DNA of 64,000 nt from Macrostomum lignano (taxonomy: Eukaryota): NCBI GenBank assembly GCA_002269645.1, contig NIVC01000048.1, positions 124,001 through 188,000 of the forward strand, given 5' to 3'. Numbering within the stretch: position 1 is the first letter of the stretch; each line of letters begins with the position of its first letter. The position numbers and the translations under genes were made by a program. The notes under the pieces are model-generated. The model did not search any database. It worked only from the letters and a program-made list of their open reading frames with translations, and had not been told where the DNA came from. Positions 1 through 17,577 of the stretch are shown piece after piece.

Positions 1-92
1 TCCATCGAAACGGAAATAATAGTCATAGAAGATGCAGAAGACATAACATCTCAAGAATTCCCTCCGAGATATTTGAAATCTCAGCAATTCGA

Positions 93-612
93 TCCCCCAA
101 TAGCAAGCACCCCCAGATAGCAAGCATCCCCCAGATAGCAAGCATCCCCAGATAGCAAGCACCCCCAGATAGCAAGCATCCACCAGATAGCAAGTACCCA
201 CCAGATAGCAAGTACCCACCAGATAGCAAGCAATCCCCCAGATAGCAAGCACCCCCAGATAGCAAGCACCCCCCCCCCCAGATAGCAAGCACCCCACTCC
301 AGATAGCAAGCACCCCACCCCAGATAGCAAGCACCCCACCCCAGATAGCAAGCACCCCACCCCAGATAGCAAGCACCCCACCCCAGATAGCAAGCATCCC
401 ACCCCAGATAGCAAGCACCCCCTAGATAGTAAACACCCTCCAGATAGCAAGCACCCCACCCCAGATAGCAAGCACCCCACCCCAGATAGCAAGCACCCCC
501 TAGATAGTAAACACCCTCCAGATAGCAAGCACCCCACCCCAGATAGCAATCACCCCACCCCAGATAGCAAGCACCCCCTAGATAGTAAACACCCTCCAGA
601 TAGCAAGCACCC
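93..612. repeat. GATAGCAAGCA(C)n minisatellite (about 17-22-bp units), array unit I
   Basis: Tandem CCCCAGATAGCAAGCA units; flanks match 24811-25640. Confidence 0.95.
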
Positions 613-697
613 TAGCACCCCAGCGTTGCTTGTGCAATAATCCTTTTCTTAGCTAATGATAAAGAATTTAACTTATTTTATTTTATGACATTTTATG

Positions 698-1484
698 TGT
701 CCCAGGGCTCTTATTTATTCCTTTGTCTAGCCATACTTGCTGCCACCAAAGTTGTAACAGGTCTTTTGACTCCCTATGAGAATCCCACTAAATGCCACCA
801 AAGTTGTAATAAAGCTATTTCTCCTTAATAATTCTACTGGTTATTAATTGTCTTTCTACTGGTAGCGCATGTACTTCTATCGGTAGTGTATGTACTTCTA
901 TTGGTAGCGTATGTACTTCTATTGGTAGCGTATGTACTTCTATTGTACTTTCTGGCCTGAGCGGTCTAATAGCACTGTCTATTCTATTCCTATGCTTCCC
1001 CTAATATTATTCTCTCAGTCCTGGGCGTTCCCTGGATCAAAGGGTCACAGCTTATGCTCTTTCTCTGCCCTGAGGCGATCTTCTCTCGTTTTGAGGCGGT
1101 TCTCCTGCCCTGAGGCGAATTTACAATTTACTGCCCTGAGGCGGTTTCTCGCTTGTAGCGGTTTCTGATACTCCCAATTGGGGTTCTTATACTCTAAGAA
1201 ATGATTAAGTCTTTAAGCGATTTCAATATTTAGAACGAACTAAATTTGCTTATCGAAAACCGAGAGGCAGCAAACGGTTGCTTCCTCAAGTCTGCTCAGC
1301 GTGTCTATTTATACCCAAAATTCGTTATAGTTTAAACAAAATAATAATTGCAGAAATATTTTTGCAAACCACAACATTCAAACAAATATTTCGCGCAGAT
1401 TTGAATAAAGGTTTTTCTAAGAAAGGCAAACATAAAACGAGTAAAAATTCAAAAGTATTAGAGCTATTATTAATGCCTGTCTCA
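698..1484 (-). mobile_element. Solo LTR (787 bp)
   Basis: TG...CA termini; 4-bp TSD TATG (694-697, 1485-1488); the paralogous empty site GACATTTTATGCTTTACT is present near 25632-25650; TATAAATA on the minus strand at 1306-1313. Confidence 0.85.
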
Positions 1485-3653
1485 TATGCTTTACTATTTT
1501 AATATTCGTAAAAATACGTTATAACAATAAGATATTTAGCTCCTGATTTTCCTAAAAGTCATTTTTTGCCTATCTATAATCCTACTTAGCGAACGGAATA
1601 ATGGGGAGTACGAAATCTGCTATAGCAGGAAATCTGCTAGCCGAAATCTGCTAGCCGAAGTTTGCTAGCGAGAAATTTGCTTGCCGAAATCTGCTAGCCG
1701 AAGTTTGCTAGCCGAAATCTGCTAGCCGAAGTTTGCTAGCTGAAATGTGCTAGCCGAAATGTGCTAGCCGAAGTTTGCTAGCCGAAATCCGCTAGCCGAA
1801 ATCCGCTAGCCGAAATCTGCTAGCCGAAATGTGCTAGCCGAAATCTGCTAGCCGAAATCTGCTAGCCGAAATCCGCTAGCCGAAATCTGCTAGCCGAAGT
1901 TTGCTAGCTGAAATGTGCTAGCCGAAATGTGCTAGCCGAAATGTGCTAGCCGAAATCTGCTAGCCGAAGTTTGCTAGCTGAAATGTGCTAGCCGAAATGT
2001 GCTAGCCGAAATGTGCTAGCCGAAATGTGCTAGCCGAAATCTGCTAGCCGAAGTTTGCTAGCTGAAATGTGCTAGCCGAAATGTGCTAGCCGAAGTTTGC
2101 TAGCCGAAATCTGCTAGCCGAAGTTTGCTAGCCGAAATCTGCTAGCCGAAATCCGCTAGCCGAAATCTGCTAGCCGAAATGTGCTAGCCGAAGTTTGCTA
2201 GCAGGAATTTTGCTAGCGAGGATTTTGCTAGCTGCCTTGCTCTCGTAGCTGCTGCATGTTATTTGCTGTGTTTTGATTCCGATTTGAGCTGCTTTGATTC
2301 GTACGAGTAAATATATAACTTATATACCATATACTGCCACTACCAGCCATTAAGACTGAAAGTTGTGTGTATAGATAAGTTTAAATTTAACTACCTGAAC
2401 TACAGCTGCCTGAGCTACCTGAACTACGGCCTTACAGCTGATGATGCTAAAACATTATCAAATGTCTACGAGTAAAATAGGACAAAAAATATAAATGATT
2501 TTGATGATTTCCAAGTGCAGTTTTAGCATATACAGTACTTTAGCATACAGTAACACACATGTTGGTGTACAGTATCTATTGCTAGATACATGTATGTCCA
2601 AGGTACAATTTACTATAGCTATATGTATTGTTAATGTATAGATATTTTCTATCGCTTACGGCACTGTGTACAAGCAAAAACTCTATGCAGGTGTGGCCCA
2701 CAAGCTCTTACCCTGTGACCATGGATGTAAAATATTTTTTTTATTCAATAGCTTGTATATGAACTTTTCAATCCACCTACGTTAAAACCTAAATCTTATT
2801 TTCTTTTTGTCTATGACGTCATCTACTGATTGCGTTTTAAAACGTACATGTACGAGAACCCACGGAGAAGGCTAGGCGGCAGATTAAGTCGTCCAGATTG
2901 GACAATAAAAAATGTCTCTAGCAAATTACAACTTCGTAAATTGCTGTTCGCCGGTTTTGGTTAGATTATCGCTAGCAGATTTCGGCTAGCAAAATCCTCG
3001 CTTGCAAAATTCCTGCTAGCAAACTTCGGCTAGCAGATTTCGGCTAGCAGATTTCGGCTAGCGGATTTCGGCTAGCAGATTTCGGCTAGCAAACTTCGGC
3101 TAGCAGATTTCGGCTAGCACATTTCGGCTAGCACATTTCGGCTAGCACATTTCAGCTAGCAAACTTCGGCTAGCAGATTTCGGCTAGCACATTTCGGCTA
3201 GCACATTTCAGCTAGCAAACTTCGGCTAGCAGATTTCGGCTAGCAGATTTCGGCTAGCGGATTTCGGCTAGCAGATTTCGGCTAGCAAACTTCGGCTAGC
3301 AGATTTCAGCTAGCACATTTCGGCTAGCACATTTCGGCTAGCACATTTCAGCTAGCACATTTCGGCTAGCACATTTCGGCTAGCACATTTCGGCTAGCAC
3401 ATTTCGGCTAGCACATTTCAGCTAGCAAACTTCGGCTAGCAGATTTCGGCTAGCACATTTCGGCTAGCAAACTTCGGCTAGCAGATTTCGGCTAGCAGAT
3501 TTCGGCTAGCAAACTTCGGCTAGCAGATTTCGGCTAGCACATTTCAGCTAGCAAACTTCGGCTACTACTACTACTACTACTGACGGGGGGCGCAGGCGCC
3601 GCGAATAGGCCGCGAGGCCCCTATCGCAACCCCAAGGTAAAAGAGCACAAGGA

Positions 3654-8738
<5,085 letters not shown>

Positions 8739-8942
8739 TTAGCCAGCAGCCAACTACTTAGCAGCCACCTGCCCCGCAAAAAAGCAGCAGGGGGGATCCG
8801 TCCCCCACCAGCAGACCAAGACGAGGAAGCTAGCCGCTTCCACGCCAGGCCAGAACGAAAAGGAGGGGGAAGAGCCTCCTCGAAAAACGAAAAGCTGGCG
8901 GATGTCACAGAGTCCCTCGGTTTAAGTTGCCGTTTGCCCCCC

Positions 8943-10804
8943 GTTTGCTAGCCGAAATCTGCTAGCCGAAGTTTGCTAGCTGAAATGTGCTAGCCGAAAT
9001 GTGCTAGCCGAAGTTTGCTAGCCGAAATCCGCTAGCCGAAATCCGCTAGCCGAAATCTGCTAGCCGAAATGTGCTAGCCGAAATCTGCTAGCCGAAATCT
9101 GCTAGCCGAAATCCGCTAGCCGAAATCTGCTAGCCGAAGTTTGCTAGCTGAAATGTGCTAGCCGAAATGTGCTAGCCGAAATGTGCTAGCCGAAATCTGC
9201 TAGCCGAAGTTTGCTAGCTGAAATGTGCTAGCCGAAATGTGCTAGCCGAAATGTGCTAGCCGAAATGTGCTAGCCGAAATCTGCTAGCCGAAGTTTGCTA
9301 GCTGAAATGTGCTAGCCGAAATGTGCTAGCCGAAGTTTGCTAGCCGAAATCTGCTAGCCGAAGTTTGCTAGCCGAAATCTGCTAGCCGAAATCCGCTAGC
9401 CGAAATCTGCTAGCCGAAATGTGCTAGCCGAAGTTTGCTAGCAGGAATTTTGCTAGCGAGGATTTTGCTAGCTGCCTTGCTCTCGTAGCTGCTGCATGTT
9501 ATTTGCTGTGTTTTGATTCCGATTTGAGCTGCTTTGATTCGTACGAGTAAATATATAACTTATATACCATATACTGCCACTACCAGCCATTAAGACTGAA
9601 AGTTGTGTGTATAGATAAGTTTAAATTTAACTACCTGAACTACAGCTGCCTGAGCTACCTGAACTACGGCCTTACAGCTGATGATGCTAAAACATTATCA
9701 AATGTCTACGAGTAAAATAGGACAAAAAATATAAATGATTTTGATGATTTCCAAGTGCAGTTTTAGCATATACAGTACTTTAGCATACAGTAACACACAT
9801 GTTGGTGTACAGTATCTATTGCTAGATACATGTATGTCCAAGGTACAATTTACTATAGCTATATGTATTGTTAATGTATAGATATTTTCTATCGCTTACG
9901 GCACTGTGTACAAGCAAAAACTCTATGCAGGTGTGGCCCACAAGCTCTTACCCTGTGACCATGGATGTAAAATATTTTTTTTATTCAATAGCTTGTATAT
10001 GAACTTTTCAATCCACCTACGTTAAAACCTAAATCTTATTTTCTTTTTGTCTATGACGTCATCTACTGATTGCGTTTTAAAACGTACATGTACGAGAACC
10101 CACGGAGAAGGCTAGGCGGCAGATTAAGTCGTCCAGATTGGACAATAAAAAATGTCTCTAGCAAATTACAACTTCGTAAATTGCTGTTCGCCGGTTTTGG
10201 TTAGATTATCGCTAGCAGATTTCGGCTAGCAAAATCCTCGCTTGCAAAATTCCTGCTAGCAAACTTCGGCTAGCAGATTTCGGCTAGCAGATTTCGGCTA
10301 GCGGATTTCGGCTAGCAGATTTCGGCTAGCAAACTTCGGCTAGCAGATTTCGGCTAGCACATTTCGGCTAGCACATTTCGGCTAGCACATTTCAGCTAGC
10401 AAACTTCGGCTAGCAGATTTCGGCTAGCACATTTCGGCTAGCACATTTCAGCTAGCAAACTTCGGCTAGCAGATTTCGGCTAGCAGATTTCGGCTAGCGG
10501 ATTTCGGCTAGCAGATTTCGGCTAGCAAACTTCGGCTAGCAGATTTCAGCTAGCACATTTCGGCTAGCACATTTCGGCTAGCACATTTCAGCTAGCACAT
10601 TTCGGCTAGCACATTTCGGCTAGCACATTTCGGCTAGCACATTTCGGCTAGCACATTTCAGCTAGCAAACTTCGGCTAGCAGATTTCGGCTAGCACATTT
10701 CGGCTAGCAAACTTCGGCTAGCAGATTTCGGCTAGCAGATTTCGGCTAGCAAACTTCGGCTAGCAGATTTCGGCTAGCACATTTCAGCTAGCAAACTTCG
10801 GCTA
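8943..10804 (+). repeat. Direct duplicate of 1703-3564 (1,862 bp)
   Basis: Constant offset of 7240 at every block checked (1703/8943, 2281/9521, 2941/10181, 3541/10781), with the same order of minisatellite variants. Confidence 0.93.
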
Positions 10805-11324
10805 GCAGATTTCGGCTAGCACATTTCGGCTAGCAAACTTCGGCTAGCAGATTTCGGCTAGCAGATTTCGGCTAGCACATTTCGGCTAGCAAATTTCTCG
10901 CTAGCAAACTTCGGCTAGCAGATTTCCTGCTAGCAAATTTCATAGACCCGAATAATCTCCACCAGTAAATTTTTATATTAGCATACTCAGGACAATGAAT
11001 GTTGGTATATTTATTATGTACTACTCAAGAAAGTTTACCACTTGGCTAAGCTCAGAATGTCAAGTTGCGGGGCCAGACGTGCGTTCAGACGGGACTGAGG
11101 ACCTCAACAGTGACGTCTCAATGGCCTTCGACATGACAGCATCATGATATCGATATGGCCTGCAGCTACATCTGTGACGTACGCGGTTGCGGCACCCAAG
11201 ATCCGAAAAGGAGGACTGAAGCATGAGGGCGAACAAAACTTATCTCGTATGCCATAACGAAACGAGACGAGACGGATCGTCCCTTGAACATGTTTGGACG
11301 TCCAACAGCCGCAAAGAATCAACA

Positions 11325-12065
11325 AGAGAGCCGTGGTGATGAAACGGCTCATCGATTTTCTATCAATCTCTTGGAGGTCAGTACCGAGGATGGGCTGTCA
11401 CCAATTGCTGCATTCGGTACAATCGCATCTTCGATGCAGGAGCTCAAGGCTACTAAGTTTACCTGAACCTGTCGCACAGATTTTCTGACATTGACTGGCT
11501 GTCAGAGAGAGCCATTTTGAGTCCCAGGAATGACGCAGCTAATAGTATCAACTCCCAGCTGCTCAATGAGCTGCCTGGCAATATCATCAGCTACAAGTCA
11601 ATTGACACAACAATGACTGGTGACAATGCTGTAGAGTTTCCTATGTATTGAGCTCTTAAGCTCTCTAGAGCCTCCTGGAACGCCAACGCACAACCTGCAG
11701 TTAAAAGTGGGTGCACCAGTAATGCTACTGCACATTTTAAATGACCCACAGCTGTGTAAAACGGCACTAGAGGCTAATCGTCAAGCAACTCTTTCTGAAT
11801 TTGATTGAGGCAAAATTTGGGACAGGATCCGGCAAAGGGCAATCTGTGTTTATTCCCAGAATTCCAATTATACCATCGGACCCGCCTTTTCAATCGAAGC
11901 GAGTACAGTTTCCAGTGAAGGTCTGCTTTGCCATGATCATCAACAAAGCCCAAGGACAGTCGCTAAAGGTGGCCGGAATCAACTCAGTCACCCTGCTTCT
12001 CACATGGGCCAACTTTATGTTGCATGCTCACGCGTCGAAACTGCAGCTGGCCTCTTAATCCTTGC
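11325..12065 (+). pseudogene. Helitron RepHel (PIF1-type helicase) C-terminal remnant
   Basis: GDETAHRFSINLLEV, LEPPGTPTHNLQLKVGAP, VFIPRIPIIPSD, QFPVKVCFAMIINKAQGQSL, SHGQLYVACSRV; contains stops and frameshifts. Confidence 0.85.
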
Positions 12066-12234
12066 TCCCAGGGCGAAATTCCTTGTTCTAGTTTCTACAA
12101 TACAACAAGGAATTTGATTTATCCTAAAGAACTGCCTAGACTTATAGACTTATAGACTTATTGTAGACTTATAATGAGGCAAAGCCAAGGGAAGTAAGTG
12201 AGGCAAGGCTGGGGAAAACTGAAGCAGGCATAAG

Positions 12235-12867
12235 AGACCTACTTAAGCGCACTGAACAAAGTCGGATGCGCCGCTCTGTGCGCCCAGAACCAGCGCTGTC
12301 ATGCTTCAGAGTATACTGTATACATGCTTCAAGCAGCTGTTCGTGTTCGACAAGTGCAGCAAGTCGGTGAGGAGCTGCGGCTGCTCCAGGAGAGGCCGAG
12401 TGTTCGTCAAGCAGCGGCCGGGACTCGAGGCGGGCGCGCTGTGTCCGTCTGGCTACGGCATGGACCTGTGCGGAGTGAAGTACAGGCTGTACTCTGGCAT
12501 CGGGACGTGGTGGCCGAGCAGACAGAAGTGCGAGTCAGAGAGAGGTCTGGTCATCATGGCCGACGTGACTAGCGAGCAGGAGATGAGCCACGTGAACTCC
12601 ATCTACTCGAACTACAGCTCTGGACAATCGATCTGGCTCGGAGGCCGCCAGCCAGAAGGCAGTGCGGAGCCTCTGGGCGGCTGGTACTGGGTCGGCTGCA
12701 ACAACAGCGTTGATGCCGCTTTTTGGGCCGCTGGCCAGCCGAATAACAACGGTGGCGGAGAAAATGCAATTGGAAGACATTTCAATTTTATGGGTCTTAC
12801 GGATAACAGCGACACGAATGGTGCTGTTTCTAATGTTCTGTGCGAGTGCCTGTCGCCTTTTAACTGA
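12235..12867 (+). pseudogene. Lectin copy A: 5'-truncated chimeric inverted copy
   Basis: 12235-12301 resembles copy C (ETY.SALNKVGCAALCAQNQRC); 12334-12867 is the reverse complement of copy B; no signal peptide. Confidence 0.85.
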
Positions 12868-14266
12868 TTATGGGAAACTGCAGGCACCGCCAGACAAGAG
12901 GAACCGGATGGAGAGATTTAATCACAAAATTATATTTCTGAAGCTATCGAAGTGACCGTCAATAACCGTGTGAAGGTGTCCAAAATTGATTATATAACTA
13001 CATGTAATAATTCAAACATCCGGTCTGCGTATAGTACACAGATTTTTTATAAATTTCTCAATGAAAACTGACGCAATGTATTCAGAAAAATTCCAATAGA
13101 AGGGCCGAATAATAATCAATAACTGCTGGAACAGAGATGTTTAAAAGAGCTCCATTGTAAGTGTGTCTGTGGATCTCTGTCTGTTGGTTTTATCAAATCA
13201 AGTTTTTTGGAATTTGCAGCTTGTTCATTAGCCAAGCTTTTACTTCGATTTTTAAGCAAACCTTCTCTGCAATAAACGAAACTGCAGTTTGTTTTTTATT
13301 TAAAATCTGTTTGAGCTACTTAAATATAGTTGGCCTCAGTTATACTCGGAAGCATAAACAGTTTTCATCTAATGAACAAGCTGCAAATTCCAAAAAACTT
13401 GATTTGATAAAACCAACAGACAGAGATCCACAGACACACTTACAATGGAGCTCTTTTAAACATCTCTGTTCCAGCAGTTATTGATTATTATTCGGCCCTT
13501 CTATTGGAATTTTTCTGAATACATTGCGTCAGTTTTCATTGAGAAATTTATAAAAAATCTGTGTACTATACGCAGACCGGATGTTTGAATTATTACATGT
13601 AGTTATATAATCAATTTTGGACACCTTCACACGGTTATTGACGGTCACTTCGATAGCTTCAGAAATATAATTTTGTGATTAAATCTCTCCATCCGGTTCC
13701 TCTTGTCTGGCGGTGCCTGCAGTTTCCCATAATCAGTTAAAAGGCGACAGGCACTCGCACAGAACATTAGAAACAGCACCATTCGTGTCGCTGTTATCCG
13801 TAAGACCCATAAAATTGAAATGTCTTCCAATTGCATTTTCTCCGCCACCGTTGTTATTCGGCTGGCCAGCGGCCCAAAAAGCGGCATCAACGCTGTTGTT
13901 GCAGCCGACCCAGTACCAGCCGCCCAGAGGCTCCGCACTGCCTTCTGGCTGGCGGCCTCCGAGCCAGATCGATTGTCCAGAGCTGTAGTTCGAGTAGATG
14001 GAGTTCACGTGGCTCATCTCCTGCTCGCTAGTCACGTCGGCCATGATGACCAGACCTCTCTCTGACTCGCACTTCTGTCTGCTCGGCCACCACGTCCCGA
14101 TGCCAGAGTACAGCCTGTACTTCACTCCGCACAGGTCCATGCCGTAGCCAGACGGACACAGCGCGCCCGCCTCGAGTCCCGGCCGCTGCTTGACAAACAC
14201 CCGGCCTCTCCTGGAGCAGCCGCAGCTCCTCACCGACTTGCTGCACTTGTCGAACACGAACAGCTG
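12334..14266. repeat. Near-perfect inverted repeat, 898-bp arms with a 137-bp spacer
   Basis: 12334-13231 pairs with 13369-14266 (coordinate sum 26600); one mismatch seen, near 14194. Confidence 0.93.
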
Positions 14267-14479
14267 GCACGGACCGTCAGCCAGGCTGAACGCCTGACAG
14301 CGCAGCTTCTCGGAGCACAGAGTGGCGCACCCAACGCTGCTGTCCTCGTGCGGGTAGGACTCAACAAACTCATCGTTGATGCAGAGACTGCCGTCAATGA
14401 GGGTGTACACCTGTTGGCTGGCAGTGGTGAGGCCGAGGACAAGACTCATCCACGCCACAATGTTCGAAACGTTGATCAT
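13733..14479 (-). CDS. Lectin copy B: secreted PAN/apple-like + C-type lectin-domain protein (248 aa), intronless
   Basis: Hydrophobic N-terminus; CATLC...CQAFSL PAN-type cysteines; CTL hallmarks SIWLGG, WYW, FWAAGQPNN, VLCEC. Confidence 0.82.
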   Translation of the reverse strand: MINVSNIVAWMSLVLGLTTASQQVYTLIDGSLCINDEFVESYPHEDSSVGCATLCSEKLRCQAFSLADGPCQLFVFDKCSKSVRSCGCSRRGRVFVKQRPGLEAGALCPSGYGMDLCGVKYRLYSGIGTWWPSRQKCESERGLVIMADVTSEQEMSHVNSIYSNYSSGQSIWLGGRQPEGSAEPLGGWYWVGCNNSVDAAFWAAGQPNNNGGGENAIGRHFNFMGLTDNSDTNGAVSNVLCECLSPFN

Positions 14480-15091
14480 TTTTGATCGTAGCTGTCGGTA
14501 GCCTAGCTGCTGGGTTTTTTTAAAATTTGTCAAAGTATTAACAACAGACGATGCAAATGGCTGTTAACACAAAAATTTCCATTTACTAACCGATAATATT
14601 TGCTTTTTCCTGACCAATCGTGGGCTAGCTTTTGCGAAAATTTTTCATTGGTTTAAAAATTTTAATCCCCAGAGGTGAATGTCAAACCATGTTGACTGTG
14701 TCTTGGCCCTGGCAACCACGTGCAGCTAGTGCTGCGCAGGGATGTCCGTTGGTGCCGGTGTCCAGGAGGTGAATGGCTGCGCGCCCGGTAGCACTAAGGT
14801 ATCGCAGACGAGCTGGCACAACTTCTCGGGCCTGAAAACGTCAAAAAAGGTCTGGGTTCGGGCCAGAGGCAGGTGAGCTTGTCCTGAGTAAAGGCGGAAC
14901 ATTCAGAGATGAAGTCAACACCGGAAAAATGCAGAATGGGCATCCTTCACTGCAGATTTTCCCATGGAGGCGTGACCTGAGACCTGAGAGGACCATTGCT
15001 ACAGGGCCTTGATGTCCCTGCTGTTGAGTCCAAGCAGGGCCCTGTGAAAAACGAGAGATCGAGGGTCAGGGACGACCCAAAGAGGCACTGC

Positions 15092-15905
15092 TGTTGTAAC
15101 ATAATCACGAAAGACATTTTCGTGATTATCCATATCAAAATCCTAATGGTTCGTCATCTTGATGTGTTCCTTATTACCCGACTTTCGATAATCAAGGAAC
15201 AATCACTTCTAGCTCAACAGCTAGGCAACCCAGTTAGTCAAACGAAGGTATTTAATTACCTTTAATCCGGATTTGAATTTCTTGAGTAGTTCTCGCTAGG
15301 AACTCGTCAGTAGATCTCGTGTAGATCTAGTCACTGTCTTGGATCCGCTTCTCTGGTCCTGATTCTTCTTTTGCTTCCAACGAAATTACTTCCGGCCGGT
15401 ATCTGCAGTCAGGACAAATCAGAGGCCTCGTATCAACAATGGGTACCCTGCGCCGAACAGCGGTTTGAATTAAGCCTCCTTCTTCTAGTAGTGCCTTTAT
15501 GCACTCTAGGTATGGCTCCGGAAACCACTGATAGTCCTCTAAGATCTATCAGGGGCAGTCCTTCTGGAGACTGCAACCAGTAGAGTCTAAACAGACTCAA
15601 GAGTCTCAACAGACTCAAATGAACTCAAGTCTCAATAGACTTGAGTGAGACGTCTCTAACACAACGGGCGCAAATAAAGAAGGCTTACCGCAACAACTCG
15701 ACCGAGTCTCGATTGACTTGGTTGATCAGGAAGTCCTCCTAAGGCTTCCTCTTCGGAGCGCTCCTCTTCCGTGGGGAGTATGACTCCGGTACCGCTTCAG
15801 ATCGCTTGTATTTATAGGCAACTTTTTGCTCCAAAATAGTATCATGACAATTCACGTGTTGCGCTAAAAGGGGAAAATGGCTCATGGCGTATCATTTTGG
15901 TAACA
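15092..15905 (-). mobile_element. Putative LTR-like segment
   Basis: TGTT...AACA ends, minus-strand TATAAATA at 15809-15816, short internal tandem repeats, absent from the sister unit; no TSD found. Confidence 0.3.
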
Positions 15906-16315
15906 TCTTTTCCTGGTAGCGTGATTCATTCAAAGCTTAGGCGCACATGCGTGTACTTACTTACTTATAGTAGCATTATACGATTATCTTCTTTTTACCT
16001 TTTTTAACGGGAGGTAGAACACTCTACAATCTGAGAGGGTCAATGAAATGGCACTCATTTTGGCGCCAAAGGCACAAAATTCCGTGATCCTCCTTAAGTC
16101 AAGCATGCAGTGAATTCCCCTGCCAACACCCACAAGTTTTATCTGACGCTCTTGACCGAACGAACTCAGAGAAAAATGCCATCGTTGAACTGTATCATTT
16201 GGCTTTCAAGGGAGTTTTAATTGGAGAGGGTGTCTTGGTGGGCGCCCCTGTCTCAATTTATGGGCGCCGTTGTTCCAATTCCCTCCGTAAGCCTTGACAT
16301 CTCAGCAATTCGATC

Positions 16316-16632
16316 CCCCGAGCAAGCATTCCCCAGATAGCAAGCATTCCCCAGATAGCAAGCATTCCCCAGATAGCAAGCATTCCCCAGATAGCAAGCA
16401 TTCCCCAGATAGCAAGCATTCCCCAGATAGCAAGCATTCCCCAGATAGCAAGCATTCCCCAGATAGCAAGCATTCCCCAGATAGCAAGCATTCCCCAGAT
16501 AGCAAGCATTCCCCAGATAGCAAGCATTCCCCAGATAGCAAGCATTCCCCAGATAGCAAGCATTCCCCAGATAGAAAACATTCCCCAGATAGCAAGCATT
16601 CCCCAGATAGCAAGCATTCCCCAGATAGCAAG
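16316..16632. repeat. 18-bp CCCCAGATAGCAAGCATT minisatellite, unit II (continues at 17578-17927)
   Basis: Homogeneous tandem units, split by a solo LTR. Confidence 0.95.
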
Positions 16633-17577
16633 TGTGGTATCTGGCCTGTTGAGTGCTCTTGCACTTTTTAAGTTGTTTTGCGTGCGCCCTAGGCGGCCAT
16701 ACCCAGACCAGTTCTGGCTGGTTGGGGGGAGGGGGGGGGCGCTCGGCCCAGCTTGATTCTTTCCCGGCGGCGGCCACTGATTGGCTGGGCTTGTGTTTTT
16801 GTGTTTTTCTTTTTGGCCCCCAGTCAATCAGATCTGCTCGGTGGGCACGCTGATTGGCTGAGGGGTCGTCTCTTTTGTTTGGCGTCTCTCTCTCGCGCTG
16901 TCTGCCCCTCTACCCTGTTAAGTGGTATATAGTGCTCAAGCCTGGCCCAGCCAGCTCCCCGCTCTCCGTTCCGCGCCCCGTGCCTAACTCTTCAAACTAA
17001 CCTAGCGATATTCAAACGAGCCGTAAAGACGGTCTCTTACTGCGAAGAATCTTAATTTTGCATGCGATACTCAAGCGAGCCGTGTCTATACGGTCTCTTA
17101 CTGCGAGGACTTAATTGATTGGAAGCAAATAAAGCGGTCAAGTGGTGGCGATATTCGAACGAGCTCCACAGTTTCTGGCACCGGTAAGACCCCCGAGTTC
17201 AGTCGCTTCTTTAGCTTTTCCGAGGCCTTGCCGTAGCAGTGGTTCCATAGCTAGAGCATCATCACACCTGCGACTGTGATCACTGCAGCACAGCAGCGTT
17301 GTATATTGTGTATTATTGTAGTACTGTACCGGTTACTTTATATAGTGTGTACAACCTACAGTATCGAAAATAGAAGCACTCGAGAGTGTCACCACACCTC
17401 GAGCCGCATCGTGAACTCTGAGTGTCACAACACCAGAGGGATCGAACTATTATCGCAGAGCGTCGTCACGCCTGCTCGTATCTATAAAAGTACAGACAGA
17501 GCGTCACTACGCCTGTTATATTACATATAATATATTGTACTCGAGACTGGGCACCCAAACCGACCCGGGTCACGACA
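16633..17577 (+). mobile_element. Solo LTR (945 bp) inserted in the minisatellite
   Basis: TGTGG...ACGACA termini; 4-bp TSD CAAG (16629-16632, 17578-17581); GATTGG (CCAAT) boxes and a TATATAG motif. Confidence 0.8.

Noticed and set aside
1620-3564. CRISPR array
   Set aside because: Contiguous ~14-bp tandem units with no unique spacers, no cas genes, eukaryotic context.
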